64,000 nucleotides of DNA from Lytechinus pictus (taxonomy: Eukaryota): the NCBI RefSeq assembly GCF_037042905.1, contig NC_087256.1:24366001-24430000 (forward strand), read 5' to 3'. Made by a program: the position numbers and the translations under genes. Positions within the stretch are counted from its first letter, which is position 1. Each line of letters begins with the position of its first letter. Of the stretch, positions 13,717 to 27,683 are shown one piece after another. The notes beneath the pieces are model-generated. The model did no database searches, was not told the origin of the DNA, and worked only from the letters and a program-made list of their open reading frames with translations.

Positions 13717-16700
13717 AATTTAAAGAGTTCTGCGTCGGCGTCAAATGTAGAAACAAATATTAAGAAATGTAGAAATTTAGAATATGTAGAAAAAAATTAT
13801 TTCGCGGCGTAACGTCACGTGAGAGCTTTACCCCAAGCTGTGTATCAAAAATTCTATAAATTGCAATCGTTGTGGTTCGTGGTGAATGAATATGTTTTTA
13901 ATAGAAAGGTCTACGAGATAATCTCTCTGATTTAATGAAGGTGAAATCATCTCACTTTTCAAGTTCATTTTGTGGATATGTGTAATATACAGTGATTGAT
14001 AGAATGCATAAATTAAACACGTTCCATGGCCACTATGCATTTGATATTAAATTTGAATGATGAAGAAAATATAAAAAAATTGATAAAATTTAGATTACAA
14101 GATTGTCGACTTCACTAAGTCTCTTTTCTCTTCTCCTCATCATTCGTTTGATCATAAAACACTTTTAAAGTCAGATTGCTCATTCAATTCTGAAAGAAAT
14201 CATTAAGATATAACAATTTTTATATGTTTACAAGTTAAACAAAGGAATCTTTTATGTATACTCGCGTTTTCTAAACTGTTTACGTCATAATAATACACGA
14301 CAATTTACAGTATATATATTTTAATCATCTATTCTCAATTATCATTCTAATTGAAAATGTATGATTTTACAGAAGAGCTGAAATGAAGATTTCACTTCAT
14401 GAGTAAAAGAATTAAAGAAATACTGATATTTTAATACGATTATATGCATACCTAAGCATTGTTCTCTACATTTGTACAAATAACAACAAATGACCAAACC
14501 CGATCCCTATCACGTGGCCTGTAGATTTTAATTAATTTCGTATGCAGGCAGATTGTAAATGCACTATATAGCTTATTGGCTAATCGTCATGCACGTGCTT
14601 TTAATATGGGACTTATAATGAATAAATGATAAGGTAATAATCTATTTGGGTTCAACAGAAGTTCAAAGCAATATAGTCAACATTAATATTTCAACTCTCG
14701 TTGAAATCTGAAATTTTCTCCAAAGTTACCGGGTTAACGGTAAGCCTCCTCACAAACAATTAAGAATTATGATCTTAAATGTGGAATTGGATTCATGGTG
14801 ATAAGTAAACCTACCGTGGAATTTAGAGAATTTAGACGAAATAGTGTAAAAAGATATTATTTGCGGTGTATCTATTCAAAATGAGCGTATCATCTTTAGT
14901 GATCAAATTGCAGATAGTTAAGTATGTCGATACGAAATAAAAAGTAGACGAACTCTTGACGCAAAGAATGCACCTTACTCATAATCTGAATTTCACGGAT
15001 TGTTGTTTCTCCGTAGCATGTTACAAGCATACCACGCAAATATTTATCCACACTCTGTGTGAAAGGATCAATAGCAGATTAATACATTTTTTCTAAATTT
15101 TCCCCCCTTTTCTATACCCGTCTCTCCCAGTCATATCATTGATACAATTTCAATATACGAAATGCCTTCGTTTGTGTCCCTCGTATCGTGTGATAAACTT
15201 GCCCAGAGCAAGTTTCCACAAAAGATCGAGGGATTTATTCCCTATTTTTCTCTTACGTCTCAATCTTCCATAACTGTTCAAAATCAATGACCTTTGAATG
15301 ATCACGACAGAGCAAAACGTCCACGACTGAGCCTGGGCAAGATATTTTACCCCCCCCCCTCCCCATCCCACTCACCGCCATGTTAATCAACTCTTCAATT
15401 GATCCCAAATAGCATCCTAATTATTGTTTCACTTGCTTGTCTGTTATCAAAGCGCTTAAAGGGCCCATGCCATACGACCAAATGTAACTATGAAAAGGGG
15501 AATGTATTCGTATTCATAGCAAAGTAACACTAGATAAAATTTCAAAGCTACGTGATAATAAAAAAGAGTAGTCTGTTAATTAGACAAGCTTGCGAATACT
15601 CAATTAAGACATTAAAATTTTCACAAGAGGGCATTAACTCGAAAAGAAAATGCTCACACGTGCCTGTTATCACATTCATAACTATCAGCTTCAATTGGAT
15701 TTATCCACACTGTAAAAAATATTTGGTGAAATTTTAACCAGCACGAGGGTAATATGTGTCCAAACAATTCGGGGAAGTATTTTACCCAATGCGGGAAGCA
15801 TATTGTCCTGTGCGGTTAAAAAATAAGCAGTAATTACTTTAAAATGGGCAAAATTTTCATCACACTGGATAAATAAAAATGCCCGAAAGAAATGCCCAAT
15901 GTTGATGAGACACGTAATTACCCTCATGGAGCATTTTTACCCAATATTTTTTCGAGTGCACTGTCCAGAGCGATTCATTTCCCTTTTTTCGCCTACTATA
16001 ACTCAAGCACTTTTAGCTTATTTTCAGTCGGCATCTGTATTATTTATCATTATATCTTACATAATGTATTTATGTAAAAATTGTGTTATCCCTCATCTTT
16101 CATAAAATTGTTACATATTACTTTATTATGTCCTATTTTGATTAAGTTCATGTATTGTAAATTCATCTTCACTATACAATAAATGCAGAAACTCTTTCAG
16201 AAAAAGGGATATCCCCTCCTCTCAACCAATGTTACTTCTAAGTATTAGGATAAATGTTGTCAAATTCAATGTATCGAGATCCCCTTAAATCAACACATCA
16301 TTTCGACTCTTTTTTGTTCAAGAAAATATAAGTTTGCAACAAGGCTTCATTGAATAATACCTTTTAATAGAAAATGCAATAAAGGATTATCAAAAGCTTT
16401 AATCGAGTCTTCATTAAAGCAACATGACCTGATACTGTTATGGTAGCCTGTAATAGGAGTGACATTTAGACGAATATGTCATGAAGTTTCATTAGATGAG
16501 AAACCTTACACAATAACCTGCATGACCAGCCAGGGATGTCCTATTTATGCATAAAGCGCTAATTTCAATTTGGTTGAAACATGGACCTATAATATAGGTC
16601 CATGGTTGAAATAAGAACCAACGTGTGTTACTCCCCCCCCCCCCCCCCCCCGCCGCCCTTATGTGTTTTGTTTGGGGAAAATAACCGTTTGTGAAAAAAT

Positions 16701-18199
16701 CGTTTTCGGCCGTAAGGGCTTATACAATATTTGAAATAGGTATTCTGATTGACCCCCGGTTAGTCTTGTAAACAAAATGTGCATGTTACAAAAACCTCGA
16801 TCGTTCATTGCCATTTTGCGACTGATCGTAAACCTGTGTTGCACACAGTTCCCCAGTTATTGTCCGAAACTGTGAAATCGAGGGAAACACCATGTTGAAC
16901 CGGGGACTATTTTGGTCTGACACCGCACTTGCTGGTTGAATGTTAGATGCAAATGCTCTTTTGTATATCTCTCCAGAATAAAGTAACTAATTCCCTCGGT
17001 GGTTACGTGTGTGAGGTCTACCTTGTCTGGTGACTGTAATTGTAGTAATTTGTACGTAATTGGGCCAATTTTCTTTTGTTTGGTAATGCTGTACACCAGC
17101 AAGCTTGGCCTGTCGACACGGTCTTACACACAAATAGTGTCAGCCTTTCAGGGTCTTGGATGAACTTATATTCTATAAATCATACCTGATATCACTTTTG
17201 TTGTAGTCCTCAAATAATATTTGTTTTCAGCGATGATCTGTGACAGATTGGACCTCAAAAGAAAGAGGAAAACAGATGCATGCTTAGTGATTTGTACACA
17301 AATCAAGTGGAAATAGAGTTCAGTCTTACTCCATGAGCCAGCCTACTTTTGCAGTTGGTCCCCTTCGACGTATTAATTAATATGCACTGCATGGCAATGG
17401 TGGAGAGGGAAGCTATTTATAAGCATTGGCTTAAAACGACCATTGACGCCTAACTAGCAATGATAACCATGCTGCTGATTTTTATTATCAACAAATCTTT
17501 CCCATTATCCGTTTGAAATAGATCGTAATCCAGCTATAGTAGTGTCAGTAGAATGAATATGACGGGTAAATGAATATCATTGGTTATGGACGTCAGATAT
17601 ATAGGGTGCTCTGCTATTTCAGACATGTCAGCGATAGAAGCATGACTGATGTAACGCAATCTAAATCTATAGTTTAGAAAGACAGGAGGACAAATATGGT
17701 GTATAGTGAGAATAGAAAATTGGGAGTATTTGATTTCTTTTTTTTTTCAATTTACAAGATCAAGATTAAAATGCATGAGTAGGGGAGTAAGAATGAATAA
17801 CCTTCATAAACAAAGTATATTAAGAGCATCACATAATATCAACAATGGTTTCAAAAATAAACACAAAAATCTTTGAAGTCTTTCTAAAAGTAAGAAGAGA
17901 GCAAAGTGAGGTATGAATTAAATTGTAACATCCGATCCGTAACATATGGACGAACACAAAAATACATACATAATCATTATTTAAAAATGAGAAACTTTGA
18001 GAGAACGTGTTGTTTAACTGAGATAAACTTGTATTGATGAGATAATTAAATTGAGTGTAAGAATGAAAATTAATAATCAAAAGTAGCTTTCGCACCATTT
18101 AATTCATGAATCTTCCGTAGGTTTTTTTTTTGGGGGGGTACTTTCTGATCAATTATGGATTGCCAATTCTAATAACAGATACCTAATAGCAGCTGATGT

Positions 18200-18340
18200 A
18201 AAAGATAATTTCTCAATTTTTTTTTCATAGGCCTTAGCAGAGTATTGTATCTTGCAGGTTACCGACGTCTGTTCTGCAAGGTTATATTAAGGTTATGGAG
18301 TCCCCCAAGGCTCCCTACTTGGTCCTATATTATTTAAAAT
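18200..18340 (+). pseudogene. LINE (CR1/L2-type) reverse-transcriptase remnant
   Basis: 18297-18335 encodes GVPQGSLLGPILF (RT motif); no surrounding ORF. Confidence 0.8.
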
Positions 18341-18932
18341 TTAGTTTAAATTGTCTATTTCTATTTAAATGTAATGACTGCCTCTGAAAAGGAAGTATTT
18401 TTAACGGTTTCGCCAGACAATTTGAAAATACCACAGGAAGAACAGTTTTGTTTGCTGAGTGACTTTATATCCAGCCACTTAACTATAAGTAAATTGAGCT
18501 TAAAATGTGATACATTTATACTATGCTGGAAAATACCACTATAAATAATCCACTTAAGAAATTTACTACTGATAAAAATTTCAGGTTTGAATAATAGGTG
18601 TCAAATAGTACGATTGAAAATAACCCTCACATTCCATCGGGTTTCAAGAATAGTATCCAACCTGAATATTGGATAAATCACACTGGATAACGACGATTAA
18701 GCAATAATGAATCATTGCGTCTAAACCCCTCTCGTATAATCAGCTCCCCACCAATGAATCGAAAATATGTTCATGTCGCTCGAACAAAAAGTGCCGAATT
18801 TTTGGGTGAAGTTTTGATTAATTGGCCACCATGATTGTTGTATATACTATACACATTTCTACTCCATTTTGAATTATTGTACTACGGGATGTTATAAAAG
18901 CCTGAGGTCACACATAATATCACCTGCGTATC

Positions 18933-19167
18933 CACTGGCGGATCCACGGGGGCGCAACCGGCTCGTGCCCCCACCCCCCCCCCCCTTGAGAGGCCTAATT
19001 AAAATTTGTAATGTAAAAATGCCGTTAAAACTCATCTGTGCCCCCCCCCCCCCCTTGAAAGTAAGGATCGTTTTTTGTTATGTTTTTTGCTTGTCAAATT
19101 TTCATCGGGAAAATGTGCCCCCCCCCCCACACACACACACTTTTGGAAAATCCTGGATCCGCCACTG
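18933..19167. mobile_element. hAT-like MITE
   Basis: CACTGGCGGATCC...GGATCCGCCACTG; 8-bp TSD TGCGTATC. Confidence 0.9.
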
Positions 19168-22100
19168 TGCGTATCGTTATCTTCCACCGAATAAGTGTAT
19201 TCTATCTATGAATCTTTTGGTGTCATGAATGCGCAAGAGAAAATATTCTAATTTTTTCAAGAAGGATTTCGAATTGGACAATTTATACCATGCGTTACCG
19301 TTTATGTGAAAATGGATTGCATTATATCAATCAACATTTTTTTTCATTTGCATCCATCATTAGATATATTTGCTTATTCATCCATTTAGCCATTTATACA
19401 TTCATCGATTCCTATCAAATACTTATACATTCTATATTTGTTCTTCTTAAAAACTTAAATGACGCAACAGCAGACACACAACATGGATAGAAAGTACATT
19501 TTCAAATCTCCAAAGTTGGGTCAAGTTTGTACAATAAAAAAAAAATCCATAAATTTATGTAAATCAAGACTGGCTTACGCATAGCAGTCATGCGGTGGTT
19601 AAAATCTGCTCGGAAACGAATTATGATTTGTTAGAGTTTTTCAGATACTTGACCAGTTCATTTGCCAGTTAGTATACTGAGTGTCGTGCTGCTGCAGGTG
19701 AACGAAATTAACACTTTGGTCCCATTTCAAAACTATTCAGACGATATTTCTTGTAAATAAATGCATGATTACCGTGGCGATATGAAAAGAATTTTAAACA
19801 ATTTCTACCCGATGACATATATACATTATATGTTGTTGTTGTTGTTATAGATTTGTTGTTGCATTTTTAAATGTTACACGTTTTTTATCAACAAATAAGT
19901 CAGTGAAGTGATTCGAGCGTCGAGATTGCAATCACTAGAATATATGTGTCCAACAATTCATTTTTCAAATAGAATACATATAAATGTATATTCACCAGTA
20001 ATTTGCATTTCGATTCTTTCGTAATTCAAATGCAACTTTACTGATCGTTTCTCATGGATGAATGAATGAATGAATGAATGAATGCATGAATGAAAAACGT
20101 GATTATGAAGCAAACAACATCAAAGTCACATGGCCATTGTTGAAACAATAATTGATGTGAAATTGCATGTGTTGATGACTTCTGGGTACCCCTATGATTG
20201 CTTCCAAGAAAAAAGTAATTCACCGTACATTTGGGGTGATAACCTTTTCTCTTTTTTGGGGCTTGTCACATTTTCCTGCCCCTGTTTCCCCTACCTTTAG
20301 GGAGAGATTCCCCTCCCCCCCCCCCCCCCTTTGGCTGGGTGCAACTAATATGTCTAGATAGTCTAGTCACATTTCTGACGTATATTCTAGTCAGGAATAA
20401 CTCTGTTTACTAAAATACGACTAGAAATAGTCAAATATGACTAGAATAACAGATGTTTTGAGAGTGTAAGGGCTTCATATTTTGTCAAACAAAATAAGGA
20501 ACTTTTCCAAGCATAATACATTCAATACATAAAGCACGTAAAGCATGTTGAGTGATCTAAACAAAGTTTTTATCATTGGTTTTGTGAAATAGTTGTAATG
20601 AGAAGGAGGAGTTCCATGTGAGGCTATATGCTACGGTTATGAAAATGATGAGATGCGTGATGTGATGATGTTTGCCTCATCTTTCGAGTTCGATGCGATT
20701 GCATGAGGACGAGTCATGAATGGGATGCATTCCCATGGGGTCTGTGATGACTGCGTGAAATAATGAAGTCCCTCCCCACTCCATTACCCATACACAGTTA
20801 ATCATTCCTTTTCAAAGCTTCCTTGACTTCACAGAGATGTAACCTTGGTGTCCCTTTTCTCTCCATCTCACCTCCCCCTCACATTCGTTCGAATTTCTAT
20901 TTTTTTCGATCATCTGATGAAGGCGTTTGTATTTAAGAATCCCCAGATCACATGATGGTGCCTTTTCCACTAAAATCTGACTATTTCGGGACTCAATAAA
21001 TTGCGCTAACACCCACCGATAAGAACATAGATCATGTTAGATAATGCAATTAGAAAACACTGGTGCATGATATTGTTGACACGTGTTATTCTAGCATTTA
21101 TTTATGTTAATGTGGTGATATGGCTCGTGATTGGCTGAAATATATCACGTGACTAGTAATTTATGTTAGCTAACCAGTACTAATGACTAGTTATATTGAC
21201 CAGTCATGATTTTGAAATGAGAAATGGTTTATCGATAATTAAGGATCCATATCACTATCTTCACTATCGTATAAAACATATAATGCACAGGATTTTTCCT
21301 AAGCGTTGTAATAATTACCCATATACATGCAACGTTTGAAAAGCTGGTTTAAAAAGGCACTTACAGCAAATACACAAACATAACTATCCTTAAAACTTTA
21401 AAGTTTTTTTTGTTAACGGAGTGACATGAAAAGTGACAATTCATTAAATTTATAACTACTTATTCAGGATATAATCTGGTGACCCCTGATTTTCAAAAAC
21501 GTTGCAATATTGCAATATATACACCGGAATACGCTTTTAAAAAAATGGGCAAATATTTATCTTTACTTTTGATAAGCGTTCTTGAGTGTTTTTATTTTTT
21601 CTCCCTTTAACTTATTGCTGCATAACATCCAGAGTAGGTTGATAACCATGTCATAATATGATAATCATAAGAAGTAGAACATTTTGTGGTTCATTTTATC
21701 TCAACTCTTCACAAATTTCACATTCGAAATTTCGTACTACGTGAAATCACATCCAATACCGAGTTTGATATTAAACTCTATTCACCAAGGGATATACACC
21801 GTTGCTTTAAAATCACCCTAACATCGTGTTATTAGACTGGCAAGCGTAATACTTATTCATTTCATCTGTCCGATGCAATGTTAGTTTAATTACAGCTTCG
21901 CCATGTGACTGGACATTGATATAAATGTAAGGTCTCCTAGTGAGGAATGTATGGTGTCCGAGATCTATGCAACACCATGTTGGCTTAATTTTGCCAGTGG
22001 CGACACGGGTCGGGTGGCGCCGTATAAGTTAGGGCTGGTTCCGAGCCCTTTTCAGGCTTTCGGAGCGAGCTTTACTTGCCTTGGAACTCTTATCAATGCA

Positions 22101-22323
22101 TTGCTAGATTGATGAAAAACAAACATGTAGAAAATGAATGGAGACAACACTTTAGTATGTGTATACACTGAAACATCATGTTCGACAGTATTTTAAATGT
22201 TAATAACACGATCATTAAAGATGATTAAGATTATAAACCCAAAAATGACAGCATTCTCCTCTATTTTTGGTTCTTTTCCCCCATGTCTTTATTTAAACGA
22301 ATAGTACAATGATTCAATCTTAC

Positions 22324-22825
22324 CTCTCTCAGAATAACTTCTGACTGTGTTCGCTGCTGGTGTTGCATCGTCAGCATCGTTAAAATCCTCCGAGGTTTTA
22401 TCATTTTGTGAACCTTGTAACTTTTCATACAGATCCAACATGAAGGAAGGGGCCTGTTTCACCGCTTTCTTATCAAGCTTCGGTAATTTAGAGAGGCCAA
22501 ATGAAGTCAGTAACCTCCTTTCGGCATCCCCTTCTACTTTAGGTTCTGAATAATCCGAATAGTCGTCCTCTTCTTCCGTTTGTTCGTCGTCATCGACGTC
22601 GTTCGACTCCTGGTCGTTTTTCCCGTACGGTGAATCGTTTTCACGCCATGGAGGGGCCTCCTGTTCGGACCGTAAGCCGCCCGGCGGGCGTCGCGATGCC
22701 GACCCACCTCGCCGCCTCTTCCCATACTGGTCCGTCGGGTCGAGGGGCGAACTTGTAACCCGTGATAAAATGACAAGAATAAAAGAGATCCGGATCGTGG
22801 CCAGGGCAAAGTTGGGCATCATCAT
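22324..22825 (-). CDS. BMP-subfamily TGF-beta ligand (ADMP/ADMP2-like), coding exon 1: signal peptide and N-terminal prodomain
   Basis: MMMPNFALATIRISFILVILSRVTS is a hydrophobic signal peptide. Prodomain motifs AERRLLTSFGL, APSFMLDLYEKL and ANTVRSY are typical of BMP2/4/ADMP. GTAAG donor at 22323, phase 1. The exact orthologue is not determined. Confidence 0.88.
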
Positions 22826-23409
22826 GTCGGATTCGTTCGTAAATAACCACCAAACGACAGCATGAATGGATAGATATCCCTGCTCGACGATGTCAGCGAG
22901 CTAAAATGACCACCAGTCTACACCTGCGACGTCGTTTTGATTATTCTTCATTGAGAAGCCCAGAGCTTGGTGATGCTATTGGAGAAAAGTGTTTCAGGGA
23001 GAATCTTGGATACGAGTCATCCTGCCGGGGTATGATGGAAGAGAGACAGGGCTGGGAAAATGGAGCCAAAGTTTATAAAAAGGAAGCCAAGAAATTTTGT
23101 AAACGAGTCCCCGGTACTGGTCTATATCGGTGCGTAAACTCGGCTTAAAATGAGCTTTAGAATCTCGTACGAAACGCAATCGGGCGCAGAGGTTTTAGCG
23201 CTCCTCCTTTTCTTTCTCTCTGTCTCTTTTTCTCAGTCTGTCGCTCTCTCGCTATACTTTTTCCCCCTCTCTATCCCCCGTCGTGCATCAACGATCCTTC
23301 TATTACTTTTCTTGCTTTATTCGCTTTCTCTGTGCCCCTCTATCGAATCATCTGTTACTGTATCTGAACAGATAATGGTATCATGAGTGAAGCTCTGCCG
23401 GTCCATGCC

Positions 23410-23700
23410 TGAGCGAGACTGAGGTGCCTTGTGTCGATTGGGCAAGCTTGACGTATCTATTTAACGCACGGGTGTTCTTGGGGGTTGGTTGGCCGCATCA
23501 AACACAGCCATCAATCAGTCCTAAATAGGCATACTAGCCGCGATATAACCCCTAAATTGAAGAGCCAGATAATAATTATGACAAAGAGAGCGCGAGGGGA
23601 GGGGGTATAATAATGTGTAGCCGAGTATGTGCGCGCGTGCGTGCGTGAGGGTGGATGTGCGTATGCGAGTGAGGGAGAGGAATTGATGAGGATAAATAAC
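23410..23700 (-). promoter_or_regulatory. Candidate core/proximal promoter of the TGF-beta gene
   Basis: CpG-richer region with a TCAGT Inr-like motif (23422-18) and a TAAATA motif (23463-58); the spacing is not canonical. Confidence 0.3.
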
Positions 23701-24589
23701 AATTTCGAAGACGTTGTAGTACAGATATTGCAGTTATTCAATGCGCGTGAGTGTTTCGATTGACTTCATCACAATTATCATGAAAAGAACAACTTTTTGT
23801 AGCGAAATCACTGTGAAGAAATGAGTTTAAGCCAAAGGGTTGTTCGATTGAACATGATTTAAATTATATTGATTTAAATTGGATTTTTTTTTTAAGTGAA
23901 GCAGATATATGTCTCAAAAATCAAAGCAAAAATGACCAACTATTCCAAGTGACTAAACTCATCAGCTAAAATGCGACGGTTGAAAGAAATCTAATCAATG
24001 TAGGCCTTGTGTATGATTGATTTTTTCCAAGAACATTTAGGGCAATACTTTCTCAAAGAAATTCTGAATTCAATAATTCAATGGAAGTAAGGAAGTAATT
24101 TTTTGAATCCCCAACCTCGAACATAAGGTATAATGTCGAGCAAGGAATTTTAAGTTATTATTAATTAGTTCACCGTTTGAACATCACGTCCTTTTTATGC
24201 GTGACACCATTTTGAGCTGTTTCTTCATATTTCCGTAAATTTTCCGTTTTGATGGTTAATAATAAATGAACAATTACCTCTTTTTCTTGATAAACATATG
24301 TGAATAATAATGTGTCTGAAAGTAACGGAAGCTTTAAAATGCCATCCCGGGGCGTAATGAGCAAGACAATTAGGGGCCTGGCGGAGCGATCGAGCAAAAA
24401 CGGCATTTTTAATACCAAAAATCGAATTTCATGACCGATTTTTGCATAATATTTAGAAAATATAGTGAAATAATTTACACGTTGTCCTTCCATTTTATGG
24501 GGGTTTATGGCCCCCAAGCCACCCCCCCCCCCCCCCATCTGTACACCAGTCTGCCAGTGGTGCCTTCTACTTGAGCTGGTGTGCCTCTT

Positions 24590-25320
24590 GCCAAGTTGAC
24601 TTAAAAAAACTGATTTGCCGTCATGTTGGTATATGATATCTTGTGCAGTCGACTTCTAAAAAAGGTGCATGTCGTCATTGAGACATATTAAGGTATCACG
24701 ACAAGTCGACTTCGAAGTATTTAAATGTCGTCATGAAGACAGTTTAAGGTATCACCATGACAAGTCGACTTCTAAAATGTTACATGGCGTCATGAAGGCA
24801 TTAAATACCATGGAAAGTCGACTTCTAAAATGTTACATGGTGCCATGAAGACATATATGGCAAGTCGACTTCTAAAGACTGATTTGTCGTCATGGTGACA
24901 TATGATATATTGCCAAGTCGACATCTAAATTGTAACATGTCGTCATCAAGACTTAAGGTATCTTGTGCAGTCGACTTCTAAAAAAGGTGCATGTCGTCAT
25001 TGAGACATATTAAGGTATCACGACAAGTCGACTTCGAAGTATTTAAATGTCGTCATGAAGACAGTTTAAGGTATCACCATGACAAGTCGACTTCTAAAAT
25101 GTTACATGGCGTCATGAAGGCATTAAATACCATGGAAAGTCGACTTCTAAAATGTTACATGGTGCCATGAAGACATATATGGCAAGTCGACTTCTAAAGA
25201 CTGACTTGTCGTCATGATGACATATGATGTATTGCCAAGTCGACTTCTAAATTGTAACATGTCGTCATGAAGACATAGTAAGGTATCACGCCAAGGCGAC
25301 TTCTAAGAATGTTGACCATG
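24590..25320. repeat. ~54-bp minisatellite with a 322-bp higher-order repeat
   Basis: GTCGAC cores are spaced 57,59,53,47,53,53 and then 57,59,53,47,53,56. Confidence 0.9.
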
Positions 25321-27683
25321 TTGACAGGACCGCTTAATTTATCTTATCAAGCCAAATTGATAATAAATTATATCTGCATGACGACACGAAACCTGTATCG
25401 ATATGTCGCCTTGTTAATTTGTACAGCAAAGTGATCCTCATATCATCACTTCAAGTATATGATACTTTTAAGCTTCCGTTGAAAGTGTATTCGAGGCAAA
25501 AGTCAAGAAATCTGTGGAGTGTTTACAAGGTATGAGGAGAGAGCACATAGCAATGAATTCATAGACAAAAAATGGGAATTAAAGTTCTGATTTAAGTTTA
25601 AAATTTCCGAACATATTTCTCTCTTTTTCTTTATTTGTTTTTAATTAAAAAGCATATACAGGTCATATTCACTGTGAATGTACATTCCTTCGGAACTTGT
25701 TGATCACGTCTGCAGAATGTGTTAGCATTTTTACGTTAAGTTGATGAACTTGTTGTGTTTTGAAATCAGTGTTACAAACATGACAAAAGGGAGCAAAATT
25801 ACCTTTCTCACTATTTCTTTCCAGTCTTGCTGCGTAAAATTAAACAATTACTAACAATGAACCAGTATCAAACTTCAAAAGAAACGATACCTAAACAGAT
25901 TAGAATTCGGAAATGGCAGTTTGGAGAAAGTCTTAAATCTTTAACGTCAAAGTCTTTCAAGAGTCAAAATCTTTTAAGACTTTGACTCTTTTAGTTTAAA
26001 TGAGTTGAAGCGTGTCGTTTGATTTTTATACCTGTCCACTAAAACTGTTTTTGACCGTGCTTATCAAGGACACAAAAGGAAGCGATTGCTTCTGATTTTC
26101 TGAATCCACGAGTATTTGATTTCTGTTAGTCATGGGTTAGGTATCAGATATGAAGGATAGGCCCTATTAAATTGAGGATATACATTATTTTAAGTGGTCC
26201 GTTCGATGTGGTCCCACTTCATTATCTTGACTTCATAAAGAGGTCATTCTCCGCCTGTGTCATGATCTTGCTGAAGACCCCCAACAATCTCAAGGGAAAA
26301 GACCATAGCGTTTTTAAATCAAAAGAGCCTAGTAGAAGTAGGGGTCTATTAGAATACTTGTGTCAAACAACGGGTATTGTGTTAAGATGTAAGTGAGACA
26401 CAATACGGCGCTCGAAGACCTCTTGAGCAAAAGGCGCCCGGTCGAGTTGAAACGATCTCGGACAATACACGGTGTTTTCATCAAGTGTGTGCCGCTATGT
26501 CTCTCCTCTCTATGCACGCAATGACGGTACAATCGATAGAAATTTCAGTTTGATAGGTTTCATCCGAACTGTCTTGGTCTTAAATTGGGAGATCAGTCTC
26601 TTTTCATGAGGTCATTTAGCTCACAAAATGCCGCTAAAACGGGGCTTTTGCGATTCTACCGCTATGGACCCCTAATCTGTTAATTTGGATTAATGGCTTT
26701 ATCCGAATAGGTATTGGTAGCGCCCCACAAAAGGGGGGAGTATTGATCCCCGAATAGGGGTATTAAGAGAGAATAGGGGTAAAGAAATGACTTTTTCCTC
26801 TCCCCTTCTCTCTCGCTCTTAAGAACATGTAGATATGTCACTATCTGAGCTTCGTTTGAAATTGAATAAAATGGGATTGCAGCGGATCTTATAATCGCAA
26901 AAATATGTGACACATAAATCACAGAAAGGCTATTCAAGGTATTTGGTTGGACATATGTCTCAATAATGGGACGAATACATTTCAATCTTAGACCGCATTG
27001 TTAGACCGAAGACCATTCTTTAAAATTGGAAAATTGGCCATCTGCATCTTGTCATGTTAAGCTTGAGGTGAATAACTTTCTTTTCGGGATATAAATGTTC
27101 TCACTTAATTCCTAAGCAGTCTTAATGTTATTCCCAGACATAATTGCACAATTCCGTCATTGTATTTGCTTGATTTATGACTCGTCTTTACTGTTGCTGT
27201 TGTTGTTGTTGTTGTAGCTGATTTTGGGTTTGTATGTCTAGGTAACATGAAATATGTCACAGGTTAACTATATGGGCTCCTATTGTAGTATCGTTTCGGT
27301 TTTATCTGGGTATTAAAGTAAGAATTTAGACTTATACTTAACCAATTACAAAACAACTCCTCTAAACATGACAATGCGATCATGGAACAGGATTTATAGA
27401 GGGTACGGATGCAAGTTAAAAAAACTATCTAGCAAGAATGGGGACTTCATTTTTTCAGCCCAGAATTTGCAGACACTATAAAAAAAAAAGGAGTAAGCAC
27501 AGGCGGTGTATATTTGTACGTATTTGTAGTGTGCTGATATGTATACTGTATACACTGTCAATACGTAAATAAACACACATGATATAAAAAGGGTGCAAAT
27601 TTGCACCCTTCCATTGCAAGACGAGGAGATCTTTTGGGGATGCAAGATTGCGGCACCTTAAGAAGCCTAAGTTTCACCCTTAA

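Noticed and set aside
24590-25320. CRISPR-like array (palindromic repeat plus spacers)
   Set aside because: The spacers are mutually homologous and duplicated as a block, the context is eukaryotic, and there are no cas genes.
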